From: Marinobacter sp.
GTDB taxonomy: Bacteria; Pseudomonadota; Gammaproteobacteria; Pseudomonadales; Oleiphilaceae
Assembly (NCBI RefSeq): GCF_035268745.1
Contig: NZ_DATFKH010000120.1
Coordinates: 21,161 to 85,160 of the forward strand
Reading direction: 5' to 3'
DNA length: 64,000 nucleotides
Part shown: one piece after another, positions 49,695-60,100 of the stretch
Numbering within the stretch: the first letter of the stretch is position 1
How the letters are laid out: each line of letters opens with the position of its first letter
Position numbers and translations under genes: made by a program
Notes under the pieces: model-generated
What the model was told of the DNA's origin: nothing
Databases searched by the model: none
Seen by the model: only the letters and a program-made list of their open reading frames with translations

Positions 49695-50087
49695 ATGGAT
49701 GATAACTTCGAAAATCTGAAGATCATGGTGATCGACGACAGCAAAACCATTCGTCGAACTGCCGAAACCCTGTTGAAAAAAGTTGGTTGCGAAGTGATTA
49801 CCGCAACCGATGGCTTTGATGCCCTGGCCAAGATAGCGGACTCCCAGCCCAACATCATATTCGTTGATATCATGATGCCCAGGCTGGACGGCTATCAGAC
49901 CTGCGCGCTGATCAAGAACAACTCCTCCTTCAGAAAGACCCCCGTGATCATGCTGTCCAGCAAGGATGGTCTTTTTGACAAGGCGAAAGGACGCATTGTC
50001 GGGTCGGACCAGTACCTGACCAAGCCCTTCAGCAAAGATGAGCTGCTTAACACTATTCGCCAGTATGTTCCCACCGCGGAACAGTAA
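49695..50087 (+). CDS. pilG: Twitching motility response regulator PilG
   Basis: MVIDDSKTIRRTAETLL, SSKDGLFDKAKGRIVGS. Confidence 0.95.
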   Translation: MDDNFENLKIMVIDDSKTIRRTAETLLKKVGCEVITATDGFDALAKIADSQPNIIFVDIMMPRLDGYQTCALIKNNSSFRKTPVIMLSSKDGLFDKAKGRIVGSDQYLTKPFSKDELLNTIRQYVPTAEQ

Positions 50088-50119
50088 CCCAGATCCAGCA
50101 CTGACCTATTGAGGACACC

Positions 50120-50482
50120 ATGGCCCGCATTCTGATTGTTGATGATTCTCCGACTGAGGTTAAGAAAATCTCGACCATTCTGGAAAAACACAAGCATGAG
50201 GTGCTGACAGCAGATAACGGAGCCGACGGCGTTGCAAAAGCGCGGGCTGAAACACCGGATCTGGTACTGATGGATGTGGTGATGCCCGGCCTGAATGGCT
50301 TTCAGGCTACCCGGCAACTGACCCGGGCTCCGGAAACGGCCTCAATCCCGGTGGTGATTGTCACTACCAAGGATCAGGAAACGGATCGTGTATGGGGCAC
50401 TCGTCAAGGCGCCAAGGGATACCTGGTAAAGCCTGTTAACGAAGATGACCTGATAAAAACCATTAACAGCCTTAATGGCTGA
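50120..50482 (+). CDS. pilH: Twitching motility response regulator PilH
   Basis: MARILIVDDSPTE, NGFQATRQL, TTKDQETDRVWG.RQGA. Confidence 0.95.
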   Translation: MARILIVDDSPTEVKKISTILEKHKHEVLTADNGADGVAKARAETPDLVLMDVVMPGLNGFQATRQLTRAPETASIPVVIVTTKDQETDRVWGTRQGAKGYLVKPVNEDDLIKTINSLNG

Positions 50483-50496
50483 TTCCCAGACGTGGA

Positions 50497-51048
50497 GTGA
50501 GCATGTCTGCCGAGGCCGCCCCTTTTGCCATTCTGACCGATATCGCCCGGCGCAGCCGTGCAATCGCTGCCGGTCTGCCGGAGCAGCAGCAAGCCGTTGA
50601 ACTCTGGAACGGAATCGGCTTTGTCCTTGGCGGTGAACTCTATGCTGCGCCCATGGGCGAAGTCATCGAAATCCTCCATGTCCCCCGCTATACCCACATA
50701 CCGGGGGTCCGTTCTTTCATGCTGGGTGCCGCCAACGTTCGCGGCCGACTGCTTCCCCTGATTGATCTCGCCGGTTTTTTTGAGGTGCCCAGCTCATCAC
50801 GCAACTATCGTGATCGCCGGGTACTGGTTGTGGAACAGGGAGACGTGTTCAGCGGCCTGGTGGTGGACAGTGTATCCGGGATGCAGTATTTCGCCGTCGA
50901 CAGCCATGTGGCATCGCCACAGGGTGTTCCGGCAAGCGTACAGCCGTTTGTCAACGGCGGCTATGAACGTAACGAAGAAGTCTGGAAAGTGTTTTCCGCC
51001 GCCGATCTGCTCGACGACCAACGCTTTCTGAATGTAGCGCAATGGTAG
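50497..51048 (+). CDS. pilI: CheW-like protein PilI
   Basis: GAANVRGRLLPLIDL. Position in the pil-chp operon. Confidence 0.92.
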   Translation: MSMSAEAAPFAILTDIARRSRAIAAGLPEQQQAVELWNGIGFVLGGELYAAPMGEVIEILHVPRYTHIPGVRSFMLGAANVRGRLLPLIDLAGFFEVPSSSRNYRDRRVLVVEQGDVFSGLVVDSVSGMQYFAVDSHVASPQGVPASVQPFVNGGYERNEEVWKVFSAADLLDDQRFLNVAQW

Positions 51049-51142
51049 GGGGAATGACAGCAGCTACCCCCAGCTTTCTGCCGAGCGCCCGCAGGAACCG
51101 ACTTACGACTATCAAGATGAAGAAAAGGCCGGGAGCCAGACA

Positions 51143-53218
51143 ATGAAAAATAGAGCCGGAAAACTCGGTATGGGGCAGGGAGGCAACAAGCTTGTTGCCT
51201 TCCTGATCGTCACACTGATTGCATTGACCGCCCTGCTCGTTGCAGTACTGTTCATCCTTAACCGGGACAGTCAGCACGATCAGCAATACATCGCTCATAC
51301 GGCAGAACTGCGGGTGCTATCCCAGGAAATCGCAAAGAACGCGACGGAGGCCGCCGACGGTACTGCCTCTGCCTTCGACGCACTCAGGCGCTCAAGGGAC
51401 GAGTTTGGTCGGCTCTGGGGCTACCTGATTAACGGCAACCCGGACACCGACCTGCCACCGAGCGAGCTCGCCCAGAACAGCGACGTCCAGCAGACCTGGG
51501 AGACAGTCCGTGACAATGCCGACAGCATCCTGTCAACTCGCGACACGGTGCTCGGCCTTCACGACGTGGCGCAGACGCTGAACGAAACCATTCCCCAGCT
51601 TCAGGTGGAATACGACGACATCGTCCAGATTCTTCTGGAGAATAACGCACCCGCCGAACAGATTGCCCTGGCACAGCGCCAGTCCCTGCTGGCAGAGCGG
51701 ATCGTGCGTTCAGTCAACAATGTATTGTCCGGTGACGAAGACGCGGTGATTGCCGCTGACCGTTTCGGTCGCGACGCCAACCTTTTCGGCCGGGTATTCA
51801 ATGGCCAGGTGAACGGCGATCCGGCAATGGGCATTTCCCGGGTTACTGACGACGACGCCCGCTACGGCCTGGAAGCCGTTGGGGAACTGTTCGAGTTCGT
51901 GTCCCAGAACGTGGACGCCATTCTTGAAGCCTCTCCCGACCTGTTCAGGGTGCGTACTGCCGCCAGCGATATCTTCCAGGACTCGCAGGTTCTGCTGGAC
52001 GAGCTGTCAGTGCTTGCCGACAGGTTTACCGGCCAGGTCGGTTCCCGCTTCATCAATCCGACCCTTGCTTTCTTTATTCTGGCAGCAATGATCGGCATTG
52101 TTGCGATAATCGGTGTCGTGCTCTACCGCGAAGCCCAGGAACGCCTGGCCAAGACCCAGGAACAGAACGAACAGAACCAGAATGCGATTCTGCGCCTGCT
52201 GGACGAGCTGGCCGACCTGGCTGATGGTGACCTGACAACGGAGGCCACGGTTACCGAGGACTTTACCGGTGCCATCGCCGATTCCATCAACTACGCGATC
52301 GACCAGATGCGCGGACTGGTGCAGGCGATCCGTGGTACTGCCGTGCGGGTGGCATCAGCTGCCCAGGAGACCCAGGCCACAGCCAAGCACCTCGCCGACG
52401 CTTCCGAACACCAGGCCCAGGAAATTGCCGGCGCTTCTGCGGCGGTTAACGAAATGGCGGTATCCATCGACCAGGTGTCTTCCAACGCCGCTGAATCCTC
52501 CGCGGTTGCCGAAAGGTCCGTTGCGATTGCCAAGAAAGGCGCGGAAGTGGTGCAGAATACCATCCGCGGCATGGACAACATCCGCGAGCAGATCCAGGAA
52601 ACCTCCAAACGGATCAAGCGTCTGGGTGAATCCTCCCAGGAAATCGGCGACATTGTATCGCTGATCAACGACATTGCCGACCAGACCAACATCCTGTCCC
52701 TGAACGCGGCAATCCAGGCCTCCATGGCCGGTGACGCCGGCCGGGGCTTCGCGGTGGTTGCGGACGAGGTACAGCGCCTTGCGGAACGTTCCTCGGCCGC
52801 CACCAAGCAGATTGAAGCGCTGGTTAAAACCATCCAGTCGGACACCAACGAAGCCGTTATCTCCATGGAACACACCACTGCCGAGGTTGTCCGTGGTGCC
52901 CGCCTGGCGCAGGACGCCGGTATCGCGCTCGAGGAAATCGAGAACGTATCCATGTCGCTGGCGGAACTGATCCAGAACATCTCCAACGCCGCGCGTCAGC
53001 AGTCGTCTTCTGCGGCTCATATTTCCAACACCATGAACGTCATCCAGGAAATCACCTCGCAGACGTCCTCCGGTACCAACGCTACGGCGAAGTCTATCGG
53101 TAATCTCGCCGAGATGGCTTCCGAGCTGCGGTCCTCGGTTGCCGGTTTCACGCTGCCGGACGCGGACACGACTGATCAGGAAGAAGAGGAAGACGACGAC
53201 GTTCCGGTGGTTAGCTGA
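51143..53218 (+). CDS. pilJ: Methyl-accepting chemotaxis protein PilJ
   Basis: Two periplasmic PilJ domains, DFTGAIADSINY, DQTNILSLNAAIQA. Confidence 0.95.
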   Translation: MKNRAGKLGMGQGGNKLVAFLIVTLIALTALLVAVLFILNRDSQHDQQYIAHTAELRVLSQEIAKNATEAADGTASAFDALRRSRDEFGRLWGYLINGNPDTDLPPSELAQNSDVQQTWETVRDNADSILSTRDTVLGLHDVAQTLNETIPQLQVEYDDIVQILLENNAPAEQIALAQRQSLLAERIVRSVNNVLSGDEDAVIAADRFGRDANLFGRVFNGQVNGDPAMGISRVTDDDARYGLEAVGELFEFVSQNVDAILEASPDLFRVRTAASDIFQDSQVLLDELSVLADRFTGQVGSRFINPTLAFFILAAMIGIVAIIGVVLYREAQERLAKTQEQNEQNQNAILRLLDELADLADGDLTTEATVTEDFTGAIADSINYAIDQMRGLVQAIRGTAVRVASAAQETQATAKHLADASEHQAQEIAGASAAVNEMAVSIDQVSSNAAESSAVAERSVAIAKKGAEVVQNTIRGMDNIREQIQETSKRIKRLGESSQEIGDIVSLINDIADQTNILSLNAAIQASMAGDAGRGFAVVADEVQRLAERSSAATKQIEALVKTIQSDTNEAVISMEHTTAEVVRGARLAQDAGIALEEIENVSMSLAELIQNISNAARQQSSSAAHISNTMNVIQEITSQTSSGTNATAKSIGNLAEMASELRSSVAGFTLPDADTTDQEEEEDDDVPVVS

Positions 53219-53245
53219 CATTGAACCCGAGGCCGCTGGCAGTTT

Positions 53246-54145
53246 ATGGCTGAGACCCGCGACGACCTGTCGACCGCTGACGGTATCTGGTCCCTGCGCC
53301 GACTCCCGGAGATGGACGAGGCGCAGTTCAGCCAGTGGCAGACTCTGCTGGAGCACCGGACCGGCATGGCGCTGACCGAGAGCCGCAAGTCGTTTCTCGA
53401 AACCAATCTCGGGATACGCATGCGGGAAATAGGCTGCAACAGTTACCAGGCCTATTACGAACAGATTGTTTCTGGTCCCGACGCCATCGTTGAGTGGGCC
53501 ACGCTGGTTGACAGGTTGACTGTTCAGGAGACGCGCTTCTTCCGGGACGAGGATGCGTTCCGGCTGGTATCGGATTACGTGATGACCCGGCCCCGGGAAA
53601 CGCTCAGGAAACGTCCGCTGGAGGCGTGGAGCGTGGGTTGCTCGACGGGAGAGGAGGCCTACACCCTGGCCATGATCCTGAATCAATGCATGGAAGCTCT
53701 GGCGCTGAAACCTCTGTTTGGCGTCACCGGGTCCGACATCAGCAAACCGGCCATCACCAAGGCCAGGTCGGGGCTGTTCAGCGCCAGAAAGCTGACCAGC
53801 ATAGACAAGACCATGAAAAACCGGTATTTCCGCCCGGCACAACGGAATACTGTCGAGATTGTTGCAAGCATCCGGGATCGGGTGTGTTTTACCCATCTGA
53901 ACGTGCTGGACCTCAAGCACGCGCCGATGCACGGAGTGAACATTATTTTCTGCCAGAATCTGCTGATTTACTTTCGGCGCTGGCGCCGCAGAGAGATTGT
54001 AAAACGGCTTGCAGAAAGACTGGCGCCCGGGGGGCTGCTGGTGCTGGGGCAAGGGGAACTGACCGACTGGCATCCCCCTGGCTTGCAGAGGGTGCCCTCG
54101 GAACATGTGCTGGCGTGGATCAAACGCCAGCCTGACGAAGAATAA
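53246..54145 (+). CDS. pilK: CheR-type methyltransferase PilK
   Basis: TVQETRFFRD, WSVGCSTGEEAYTLA, IFCQNLLIYF. Confidence 0.92.
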   Translation: MAETRDDLSTADGIWSLRRLPEMDEAQFSQWQTLLEHRTGMALTESRKSFLETNLGIRMREIGCNSYQAYYEQIVSGPDAIVEWATLVDRLTVQETRFFRDEDAFRLVSDYVMTRPRETLRKRPLEAWSVGCSTGEEAYTLAMILNQCMEALALKPLFGVTGSDISKPAITKARSGLFSARKLTSIDKTMKNRYFRPAQRNTVEIVASIRDRVCFTHLNVLDLKHAPMHGVNIIFCQNLLIYFRRWRRREIVKRLAERLAPGGLLVLGQGELTDWHPPGLQRVPSEHVLAWIKRQPDEE

Positions 54146-54150
54146 CCGGA

Positions 54151-57100
54151 GTGGTTATGGGCAATCACCATGACAGCATCGCCCTGGACTGGGTTCGCGG
54201 CGAAATACAGGACACGCTGACCCAGAGCCAGCAGGCCCTGGAAACGTTCGTCGACAACAGGGACGATAAGGCACGGTTGCGCTTCTGCCTGAACTATCTT
54301 CACCAGGTTCACGGCACCCTGCAGATGGTTGAGCTTTATGGCGCAGCTCTGCTGACCGAGGAAATGGAGAAGCTGACCCAGGCGATCCTCAACAACAACC
54401 TGACCAACACCGACGATGCGGTGGAAGTATTGATGCAGGCAATCCTGCAGCTTCCCCAGTACCTTGAGCATCTGACCAGCAGCGAGGACGATTTCCCGCT
54501 CATTCTGCTACCGTTGCTGAATGACCTCAGGGCCGTTCGTGGTGAGCCACTGCTGTCAGATACATCGGTGTTCAAGCCGGATCTTTCCCCGGCCCAAAAG
54601 GGTGCTCCGGCCAATGTATCCCAACGTCTTCAGGACCCCAAGGTTCGGGGCCACCTCCGCAAGCTGCGGCAGATGTTCCAGTTTGCGCTTGCGGGCGTGG
54701 TACGCGAGGCCGATCTGGATGCGCATTTCGATTACATGCAGAAGGTTATCGACCGGCTGATCCGGCTCTGCAGGAACACGCCCCGCGGCGAACTCTGGAA
54801 GGCGGCAGGCGGGTTTGTCGAGACCCTTCAGGAGCGGGTCAATCCGGTCAATGCAGCTGTGAAATCACTCTTGCGTGAGCTGGATGCGGATATCCGCAAC
54901 CTGACCGATGACCGCAATGATATTCTCCGGCAGGCCGCGCCAGAAGCCCTGCTGAAACACCTGCTCTATTATGTTGCCCGCGCCAGGGAGCTTGATACCA
55001 GCCGGGTAAAAGCGCTACGCGAGGCCTATGGCCTGTCCCATGCGCTGCCATCGGACGACGATGTCAACATTGCCCAGGAGCGCGCTTCGGGTCCCGGTCG
55101 GGATGCTATTCATTCCGTGGTCAATGCACTGAATGAAGAACTGGCCAGGCTCAAGGACCAGCTCGACCTGTTTGTCCGGTCCAGTAGCCGACAGAACGAG
55201 GAACTGGACGAACTGCTGCCCGGCCTGCGTCAGATTGCCAACACCCTGGCGGTACTGGGTCTTGGCATTCCGCGCAAGGTGGTTACCGAGCAGATCGAAC
55301 TGGTGGAAAAACTTTCCAGCCAGCAGGATGTGGTCGACGATGGCACCATGATGGACATTGCCGGCGCGCTGCTTTATATCGAAGCCAGTCTGGCCGGCCT
55401 CGACAGCGACCGCAAACCGGATAGCGGCCAGGCCGGCAAAGACTCGGATCCTGTCAATCCTGCCTCCCGCGAGCTGGGGCAAGCCAGCAGTGCTCTGCTG
55501 CGCGAATCCCGTAACACCCTGGAGCAGGTGAAATCCGCCGTCATCAATTTCATCGCCTCGCAATGGGAAGCCCGCGAAATTGAACATGTTCCCGGCCTTT
55601 TACACAGCATCCGCGGCGGCCTGGCGCTGATCCCGCTGGACCGTGTTGCTGACATGCTTGCCTCCGCCGAGCGCTATGTGACGGATGTGCTGCTGGGCGG
55701 GAAACAGATCCCCGACTGGAAACAGCTCGACACTCTGGCTGATGCCATAACCAGCATTGAGTATTATCTTGAACGTGTGGCGGATGGTATTGGTGACAAC
55801 GAAAGCGTGCTCAGACTGGCCGAGTCCAGCTTGCGGGAACTGGGCTTCCCGGTCGGTGAGGAGCCCACATGGGAACATCCGTCAGATATCGCAGACCTGC
55901 CTACCATCAGCCCGGAGGCGCCCGTCGAAGCCGGAAATGGCTCGGCCAAAGCCTCCGATACCGAATTGCTGGATGATGAAATTCTCGGCATATTTATAGA
56001 GGAAGCCGAGGAGGTACTTGAAACCATTGATGAATTCTACCCGCGCCTGCGCCAGAGCCCGGATGACCGCGAGGCGCTGACAGAGGTCAGACGCGCATTC
56101 CATACTCTCAAAGGCAGTGGTCGCCTGGTGGGAGCCTCCAGCATTGGCGAACTGGCCTGGTCCGTTGAAAACCTGCTGAACCGGGTAATTGACCAGACGC
56201 TCAAGCCTACCGATGACATGTTCAGACTGATCGACCAGGTTCACTCCCGCATTCCGTCGCTGATTCAGGAATTCCGCAACGGCGAGTCGACTGGCGATGT
56301 CCAGGCCCTGATCGAACGCGCCGAAGCCCTCTCGACCACACGCAAAACAGACAGTGAAGGCGCGGCGGTACAACCTGCTGCCGATGACGCCCGGGAACCG
56401 GACAGCGACAGTGAAGACGAGCTGATTGATGATGAAATCCTGGAGATTTTCAACGAAGAAGCCGGCGAGGTCCTGGAAACTATCCGGCAATACCTGCCGG
56501 CCCTGTTAAGGAATCATGAAGACCGCACTGCCCTGTCCGAACTGCGGCGGGCATTTCACACCCTGAAGGGCAGTGGCCGCATGGTGGGCGCGCTTGTTGT
56601 TGGTGAGCTTTCCTGGTCGGTTGAAAATATGCTCAACCACGTGATCGACGGCACCCTGTTCATGAACGACGACATTGCCGCCGTGCTGGACGAGGTCTCG
56701 GCCGAGCTGCCCGGGCTGGTTGAGGATTTCGAAAAACAGCGGCCGCCATCCACCGACACAGCGGCTCTGGAGGCAAGAGCCCATGCCCTGGCGAGCGGAG
56801 ATATCCCCGATACCAGTGCGATGCCGGAATCCGGACCGGACCAGGCCACGCCGGTGGCGGATAGCACGAGTGGCAGACCAGAGCCGGCGGCTGAAACGGC
56901 GGAACCGATTGATCCGGTACTGCTGGAGATTTTCGAGAGCGAGACCGAAGCCCATTTACAGACCCTCAAAGACTTTCTCGAGGCTACCGGTGACAAGTCC
57001 AGTGTTGCCTATACCGATGATCTGTCCCGGGCACTGCATACCCTGAAGGGTAGCGCCCAGACCGCGGGCATTGGTCCGATTGCCAGGGTCATTACGCCGC

Positions 57101-60100
57101 TGGAACGGTTTGTCAAGGAGGCCCGGGCCCAGAACCACAGGGCCGACCGTGACGTCATCAAGCTGATTGAACAGGCCTGCAGCTTTATCACCGAGGGACT
57201 CGGTCAGATCGCCGAAAATCCTCAGTCGGAACTTCCCGGAACCGATGCATTCCTGCACAAGCTCGAAGCGGTGGCCAATGCCACGCTGCAAAGCGCCACA
57301 TCGGAGCACGATGAGGCCCGGCCCCGCACCAGTCCGCAGCTGGTTCAGCTGTTTCTGAACGAAGGGCTGGATATCCTGCTCGACGCCGATCGCATTCTGG
57401 ATGAATGGGCAGCCCAACCTGACAGGACCAGGCCCCGCGACATTCTCAGAGAAGAACTGAGCCGGCTCACCGACGGCGCCCGAAAAGCCCAGCTACCCGA
57501 TGTGGCAGAGCTTTCCGAGACAATTCTCCGGGCCTATGAGCGCACCGCATCAAGCGCATTGCAGCCCGATGAAGACTATTTCTTCATTGTCCGGGCGGCC
57601 CATGAGCACCTGATCAACATGATGGATCAGGTCGCTGCCGGGCTGGCAACAGAGTTCAGCAAACCCCTGATTGAAGACCTGGACTCCCTGGCAACGGGGC
57701 AGCCGGCTGCGCCGGAACCTGCCAATAAGCTCGATCCGGAGTCCAGCGATGCCCCCGGGGCGACTGACCACAGCCCCGCTAGCGAGGTCGGGCTGCCCGG
57801 AGATAGCGTTGCAGCAGACAGCAAAGTACCGCCATTGCCTGAAACAGATGAGGAAATGGATGACGAACTCGCCGCCATATTCCTTGAGGAAGCCCGTGAG
57901 CTGATCGACAGTACGGCTGATTCCCTGCAAAGCTGGAGTGAACACACCGGCAACACCGAACTTTTGCAGCTTTTGCAACGGAACCTGCACACCCTGAAAG
58001 GCGGCGCCCGGCTGGCCGATATCTCCCCTGTTGGCGACCTCTCCCATGAGCTGGAAAGCCTGTTCGAAGGCCTCACCGAAAACCGCCTGCCGGTGACCAG
58101 CTCACTGTCGGATCTGCTTTTCCGCTGCCACGATCGTCTCGCGGGTATGGTGGAAGCTCTTGAACAGCAGGAGGCTCCCCGCCCGGCACCGGATCTGATC
58201 AGTGACATCCGCGCCTACATGGACAGCGTAACCGGAGCCGGGCCAGTCACCGGTGTCAGCACTCAGTATGGTGTTTCAGACGACCAGCAACTGCCCATAC
58301 CCGATAGCGGAGAGACCGCGCCGGAACCGGACTATCACGATCCAGCACAGTCAGAATCACCGGCAGAACCAGACCGGGACGAACTGAAAGCCGCGGACCT
58401 GTCCCACCTGGACCCGGAACTGGTAGAGATTTTCCTCGAAGAAGCTTACGAGCTGATCAATTCAACCGGCAGCTTGCTTCAGACCTGGACCGAAAACCCG
58501 TCCGACCGGAATGTCGCAGCTGAATTGCAGCGGGATGTTCACACCCTCAAGGGCGGTGCGCGAATGGCGGGAATTAACGCCATTGGTGATCTGACCCATG
58601 TGCTCGAAGACCTGTTCGAAAAAGTGGCTCAGGGCCAGCTGGACGCCAGTGCGGGCATGAATAACCTGTTGTTTGCCTGTCACGACCGGCTGGCACAGAT
58701 GGTAGAGGAAGTGGCCACTGGCAGGCCCTGCCCGCCAGCCCACGAACTGGTGCACAGGATAAAGGCCATTCTGGCGGGGCAATCCGTTGATGCGGAAGGA
58801 CCGGAACAGACTCCCACACTGGCAGGAGCCATGCCGGATCCCTCCGCCAATGACCTGGTCGGTATCTTCCTTGACGAAGGACTGGAAATTCATGAGGCCA
58901 TTGGTGAATGTCTGGCCCAGTGGCGCGATGACCCTCACGAACTGCAGGGCGTCACCCAGCTCCAGCAGGAACTGCGTACGCTCAGAGGCGGTGCCCGGCT
59001 GTCGGACCTGGACCCGGTTGCTGAACTGGCCGGGGTCTGGGCCGACGCACTGGACCCGCTGATCGCAGGTGTCGGCAACCAGAACGACCTGCTGCAACTG
59101 AGCGAACAGGCCCAGACCACACTCCGTCACATGCTCACCAGCATTGAAGAAGGCAACAAACCGGTGAGCAATGTGGAGCTGACCAGGGCCTTTGAAAGCT
59201 CTCACAGAACGGCTGAGGCCGTCGACTCCCCGGGGCTGGAACAGACGGCCGAGAGTGAAGCCGTTGATGCGGAAGTGCTGGAAATCTTCCTCGAGGAAGC
59301 GGACGAGATTCTCGAACAGCTCGAGCAGCTGCTCAGCGACTGGTATAAGGATCTGTCGAACAGCCATTTCAATCTGGAAGCCCAGCGTGCCCTGCATACG
59401 CTGAAAGGGGGCGCACGCCTGTCGCAGTTGTTTGCCCTGGGTGACAAGGCCCATGAGATGGAAACCCGGCTGATTGATCTGGGCGGGAACAAGCCGGATG
59501 AGGACAGCTGGAGATCCATCCAGGCCGACCATGAGGGTATAACCGCCCTGGTCAACGACATCCGTCAGCGTTTCGAGAGTACCGGCACGGTGCCACCCAT
59601 AGCCGATGCGGAGGCCGCCCCGGCTTCTGCCGCGCCCGTTCCCGGGCCTGAGGCGAAAACACCCGCTGCCAGCGCACCAGCACACCAGGCCGATAAAGCA
59701 GCGGCCCCGGCCCCCAAACCATCATCAAAGAAGGCGCCCGCGGAACGGACCCGGGCTCGGGCTGGAGCCCAGCGCACGCCTCAGGAAACCATCCGGGTAT
59801 CCGCTCCGCTGCTCGACGAAATGGTTAACCTGGCCGGTGAAACCAGTATTACCCGTGCCCGCCTTGAGCAGCAAACCAGCGATTTCAGTCACAACCTTGA
59901 CGAAATGACCGCCACCATCGAGCGGGTTCGTGAGCAGCTGCGCCGCATGGAGATCGAGACCGAAACCCAGATTCTGTTCCGTGCCGAGAAAGAACACGGG
60001 CCGGATTACGGCGACGACTTTGATCCACTGGAGATGGACCGCTATTCGGCCATTCAACAGCTATCCCGGGCCCTGACCGAGTCAACGTCTGACCTGGCCG

